Below are positions 60,322-64,000 of a stretch of DNA of 64,000 nucleotides, piece after piece (the first letter of the stretch is position 1; every line of letters begins with the position of its first letter). The stretch lies in contig OY843768.1 of NCBI GenBank assembly GCA_963693095.2, positions 576,001 through 640,000 on the forward strand, read 5' to 3'. The stretch comes from Cenarchaeum sp. GTDB taxonomy: Archaea > Thermoproteota > Nitrososphaeria > Nitrososphaerales > Nitrosopumilaceae. The position numbers and the translations under genes were made by a program. A model generated the notes under the pieces. The model did not search any database. It was not told where the DNA came from and saw only the letters and a list, made by a program, of their open reading frames with translations.

Positions 60322-62070
60322 ATGAGCGCCCCGACAGACAATGTCCACAGCATCCATAGATGGCACACGCTCACCCTCATAAACCCGTCCTCACACAGGC
60401 AGTCATTCGTCTTCTCCCTGGCGATCACGCTGACGCTTGCGCTCGTTGTGCACTTTTCATACGTGGAGCCCGGCGACTGGCTAGTTGTGCACGTGCTCGC
60501 CGCCATGGCGATCCTGCCCGCAACGCAGCTTGCCGACATGCTCGCGATAAGAAACCGCGAGCACTCAAAGTCAATACACCTGTCCCTCTTTGGCACCGCA
60601 ACGTGGCTTGTGGCCGCGTCAGCAGGGGTTGGGGCCGCGGCCATACTCGGAAGGGACGTGATCCCGTCGCAGTACCTCGTCGTCGGGATGTTTGTCCTGG
60701 CGGCATTTAGGATTGGGATGCTCACGTCTGTCCTGGGTGTCAGCCTGCGCAGGGCATGGATGGTGTGCGCAATACAGCCAGTCGCGCTATTTTGCGCAAT
60801 CGTGCCGCCTGGAATGTGGAGCATGCTCTACGAGCCGGCATCACTCGCATTTGGCGCGATATTTCTCACCATTGCGACTGTGTGGTCAACGCTGACTGAC
60901 AGGGCTGGCAGGCCGCCACTGCACAGCACGCATGAGGTGATCCAGGCGTACCTCACGTCCATTCGGCATGACCATTCCGAGATGGAGGCGCTACTTGAGC
61001 GCCACTCGCACCCACTTGACGTCTCGACGACACAGCTCAGGCTTCGAAGCGGGGACGACTCGACTGACATGCGGCTTGTCCTACCAGACGTGCATCCCGG
61101 CCCATACCATCCGGTGGGGGGAAGCAACATACCGTATCTCATATACGAGCGGCTCGACTCGTCGGCAATGGTGATGCACAGCGTCTCAAACCACACGCAC
61201 AACCTGCCCTCGCGCGGGGAGGTCACGAGGTATCTTGACTCCCTTGCGTCTAGCACGGTGGCCATGTCTGGCTCCTCATGCACGGAGCCAGTTACGGCCA
61301 GGGTCAACCACGCGCGCGCCATAGGGGTGATGTTTGAGGGCAGCGCGCTGCTCGTCCTGTCGCTCTCGCCCCATGGGATGGAGGACCTGCCCACACGCGT
61401 AAAGACGGCGATCGAGGGGCATGCGCGCAAGATCGGCATCGAGCGCGTCATGGTCATTGACTCGCACAACGCAATGGGCGCCGAGATATCCGGAGACGAC
61501 GAGGATGACATGCTGTCTGCGTCACGCTCGTGCCTCGACTCCCTGCGAAGCAAGCCAATGCACCCAATGGAGGTTGGATACGCCAATTCTGCGGGGATGG
61601 CCGTCGAGGCGCCAGACATTGGCATGGGCGGCCTCGGCGTGCTCTGCCTAAGGGTGAACGGCAAGGAGCACTTTTTGGCGTGGGCCGACGCAAACAACAT
61701 GGAGAACGGCATGCGCGAGCACATTGTGGACACGCTTGCCGGCGACGGGCTTGACCTGCTTGACATCTGCACGTCAGACACGCACTTTTCACGCACGACG
61801 GTGAGGACAAAGAACGGGTACTATCAGTTTGGGGCAGTGACTCCCCGGACCGTTGCCGCATCGTGGATACTGGAGATTGCAAAGCGCGCGAGGGTGTCGG
61901 CCAGCCGCGCATCATTTGAGGTCCTAGTGGCCAGCGCGCGCGTGCGAATCATGGGCGAAAAGGTCTTTGAGGACTATTCTGCTGCGCTCTATAGGGCGCT
62001 TGGACTCACAAAGGGACTATCTGCCCTCGGATTTGGCGTGTTTATTGCGAGCCTCGTGCTCGTTCCATAG
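60322..62070 (+). CDS. DUF2070 family membrane protein
   Basis: N-terminal TM helices, VHPGPY..VGGSNIP, HSVSNH..N, IDSHN, DANNM, TSDTH. Confidence 0.85.
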   Translation: MSAPTDNVHSIHRWHTLTLINPSSHRQSFVFSLAITLTLALVVHFSYVEPGDWLVVHVLAAMAILPATQLADMLAIRNREHSKSIHLSLFGTATWLVAASAGVGAAAILGRDVIPSQYLVVGMFVLAAFRIGMLTSVLGVSLRRAWMVCAIQPVALFCAIVPPGMWSMLYEPASLAFGAIFLTIATVWSTLTDRAGRPPLHSTHEVIQAYLTSIRHDHSEMEALLERHSHPLDVSTTQLRLRSGDDSTDMRLVLPDVHPGPYHPVGGSNIPYLIYERLDSSAMVMHSVSNHTHNLPSRGEVTRYLDSLASSTVAMSGSSCTEPVTARVNHARAIGVMFEGSALLVLSLSPHGMEDLPTRVKTAIEGHARKIGIERVMVIDSHNAMGAEISGDDEDDMLSASRSCLDSLRSKPMHPMEVGYANSAGMAVEAPDIGMGGLGVLCLRVNGKEHFLAWADANNMENGMREHIVDTLAGDGLDLLDICTSDTHFSRTTVRTKNGYYQFGAVTPRTVAASWILEIAKRARVSASRASFEVLVASARVRIMGEKVFEDYSAALYRALGLTKGLSALGFGVFIASLVLVP

Positions 62071-62089
62071 TGTCGCGCGCGCAGCGGCA

Positions 62090-64000
62090 ATGTGTGCCGC
62101 TGCGCTGGCCCTAGCCGTGTGCGCCGGCAGCGCGTATGGCGCGCCGGCCACGTTCATTGACGGCGTGACGTATGTCCAGTACTCTGATGACGCCGTCGCG
62201 CTAGCCGACGTGCGCGCGGGCCGGCTTGATGCGCACTATGCGGGACTGCCGCCCGAGCTCCTCGATGCTACCCTGCGCGAGGGGGTTCGAGTCTACGAGT
62301 CAAGCAGCGGCTCGTACAGCCTGCTCGTCAATCCCGCCGTCGGCGATCGCCTAAACCCGTTCTCTGATCGCACGGCCCGGCAGGCGCTCAACCTAATCGT
62401 CGATCGCGCGCTAATCGTCAATGAGCTCCTCGGCGGCCACGGGACTCCAATGTCATCGGCATACGCCCCGCATGATCCCGACTATGCGGCACTGGCAGCC
62501 GCCGGCGCGCCCGAGTTCTCCTATGATCCCGAGCTTGCCCATGACATGCTCTACGAGTCGCTTCGCCGTGCCGGCGCCGAGAGGGTTGGAGACTATTGGA
62601 CACACGACGGCGAGCGCGTTCACACGACAGTGTTCATACGCGGGGATGACCTCGTGCGCAAGTCAATAGGCGAGCTGCTCTCCCTGGAGCTCGAGCGCGC
62701 CGGAATCGAAGTAGAGCGCGAGTACGGCGACCTCAGCAAGGCGTTCTCCGTCGTGTATGGCTCTGATCCCGCCGAGCTGCGTTGGGGTGTCTACACGGAA
62801 GGGTGGGGTGGCAAGTCGGCGTTTGTCAGGTATGACCCCGTGACCCTGGCTCAGATGTATGCGCCGTGGTTCTCCTCTATGCCGGGGTTTAACGACCCGC
62901 TTTACTGGAACTATCACAACGCGACAATAGACGGGCTGACACGCGACATTTATGCCGGAAAGTTTGCAGACTCGAACGAGCGCAATGGCATGGTTCGCCG
63001 CGCCGCGCAGATGGGCGTCGAGGAGGCCGTGCGCGTGTTTCTTGCGGCCCGTGATGACCTGTATGCCGTCGGCGATAAAGTCGGGGGAATAGTCAACGAC
63101 TTTGGCGCCGGCGTTCCGTCGAGGTTTAGCGCAATAAACGCGCAGACGCCGTCCGGACACATGCGCATAGGCGTAAAGCAGGTGTACCAGGGGGCGTGGA
63201 ATCCGGTAATGGGGTTTAGTGACACGTACAGCTCGAGGGTATGGTCAACACTGTCGGATCCCGCCGTGTTTCGCAACCCATACAGCGGCTCGCCAATGCC
63301 TGTTCGGGCCACATGGGACGTGGAGACGGGTGGCCCGGACGCAAGGATCGACGTGCCGCCGTCTGCGGTCCTCTGGGACACGGCAACGCAGTCGTGGACC
63401 GGTGCGGCCGAGGGCACGACTGCGTCTAGTGCAGTGACGTTTGAGCTAGAGATGTCGCGCTGGCACAACGGTGAGATGATGGACATGCGCGATGTCATGC
63501 ACGCCGTCTACTTTGCGCTGGAATGGGGCTCAGAGGCCACGCCGGCTGACACGACGCATGACGCCGAGTATGCCTCACGCGCAGCACAGCTGGTCTCGAC
63601 GCTTCGGGGAGTCGAGCCGCTTGACGGCGACACCGTGCGCGTGTATGTGGACTATTGGCACTTTGATGAGGCAGAGATAGCCAACTGGGCCTCTGTGTGG
63701 GCACTGGTTCCCTGGGATCTCCTTGCGGGCATGGAGCGCGCAGTCTCTGCGGGCGAGGCGTCCTTTTCGCGCTCGGGGGCCGGCGCCTCTGGCGTGCCGT
63801 GGCTCTCGCTTGCGATACCGGCTGATGCCGCCATGGTCGCCAGGCATGTCTCCGAGATGGACGCCTCTGGCCATGTCCCCGGCGCCCTCGCGCAGCTCGG
63901 CGCCGATGCCGACTATGCGCGCTCTAGGTACGGCGCCACGCTTGACTGGATTGGGGAGCGCGATCATGCGGTGATATCCAATGGGCCATACGAGCTAGTG
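62090..64000 (+). CDS. Peptide/nickel ABC transporter substrate-binding protein (family 5), 3'-truncated, absent from ORF track
   Basis: Signal-like MCAAALALAVCAGSAYG, then LLVNPA...NPFSDRTARQALNLIVDR, YTEGWG, WHNGEMMDMRDV, ISNGPY. Open to the end of the window. Confidence 0.85.
   Translation, partial: MCAAALALAVCAGSAYGAPATFIDGVTYVQYSDDAVALADVRAGRLDAHYAGLPPELLDATLREGVRVYESSSGSYSLLVNPAVGDRLNPFSDRTARQALNLIVDRALIVNELLGGHGTPMSSAYAPHDPDYAALAAAGAPEFSYDPELAHDMLYESLRRAGAERVGDYWTHDGERVHTTVFIRGDDLVRKSIGELLSLELERAGIEVEREYGDLSKAFSVVYGSDPAELRWGVYTEGWGGKSAFVRYDPVTLAQMYAPWFSSMPGFNDPLYWNYHNATIDGLTRDIYAGKFADSNERNGMVRRAAQMGVEEAVRVFLAARDDLYAVGDKVGGIVNDFGAGVPSRFSAINAQTPSGHMRIGVKQVYQGAWNPVMGFSDTYSSRVWSTLSDPAVFRNPYSGSPMPVRATWDVETGGPDARIDVPPSAVLWDTATQSWTGAAEGTTASSAVTFELEMSRWHNGEMMDMRDVMHAVYFALEWGSEATPADTTHDAEYASRAAQLVSTLRGVEPLDGDTVRVYVDYWHFDEAEIANWASVWALVPWDLLAGMERAVSAGEASFSRSGAGASGVPWLSLAIPADAAMVARHVSEMDASGHVPGALAQLGADADYARSRYGATLDWIGERDHAVISNGPYELV

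Overview
High-GC archaeal DNA. Gene content (TFB x2, rpS8e, SRP19, Gar1, Sec61beta, aIF1, Tsr3, P-type L12), TATA boxes about 25-30 nt upstream of leaderless starts, and gene order point to Nitrososphaerota, probably Nitrosopumilaceae. The high GC suggests a Cenarchaeum-like, possibly sponge-associated lineage (inference). Half the window (1-32168) is one 5'-truncated ORF of more than 10,700 aa encoding a repetitive Ig-like surface protein. It carries two copies of a ZU5/GAIN-like domain ending in an H-x-T motif (candidate autoproteolysis sites) and has no C-terminal transmembrane anchor. Two AT-rich defence inserts (a multidomain Mrr-type nuclease and an EcoRV-like R-M pair) flank a housekeeping block. 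Also present: a Gar1 with a large Arg/Gly/Ser repeat tail, a 108-bp MITE-like element with a 9-bp target duplication, a secreted lamin-tail protein with His repeats, egtB/egtD showing lesions, SMC, a TFB paralog lacking its Zn ribbon, and a 3'-truncated peptide ABC binding protein. No rRNA, tRNA or CRISPR array was recognised. All family calls come from motif recognition by eye, not database searches.
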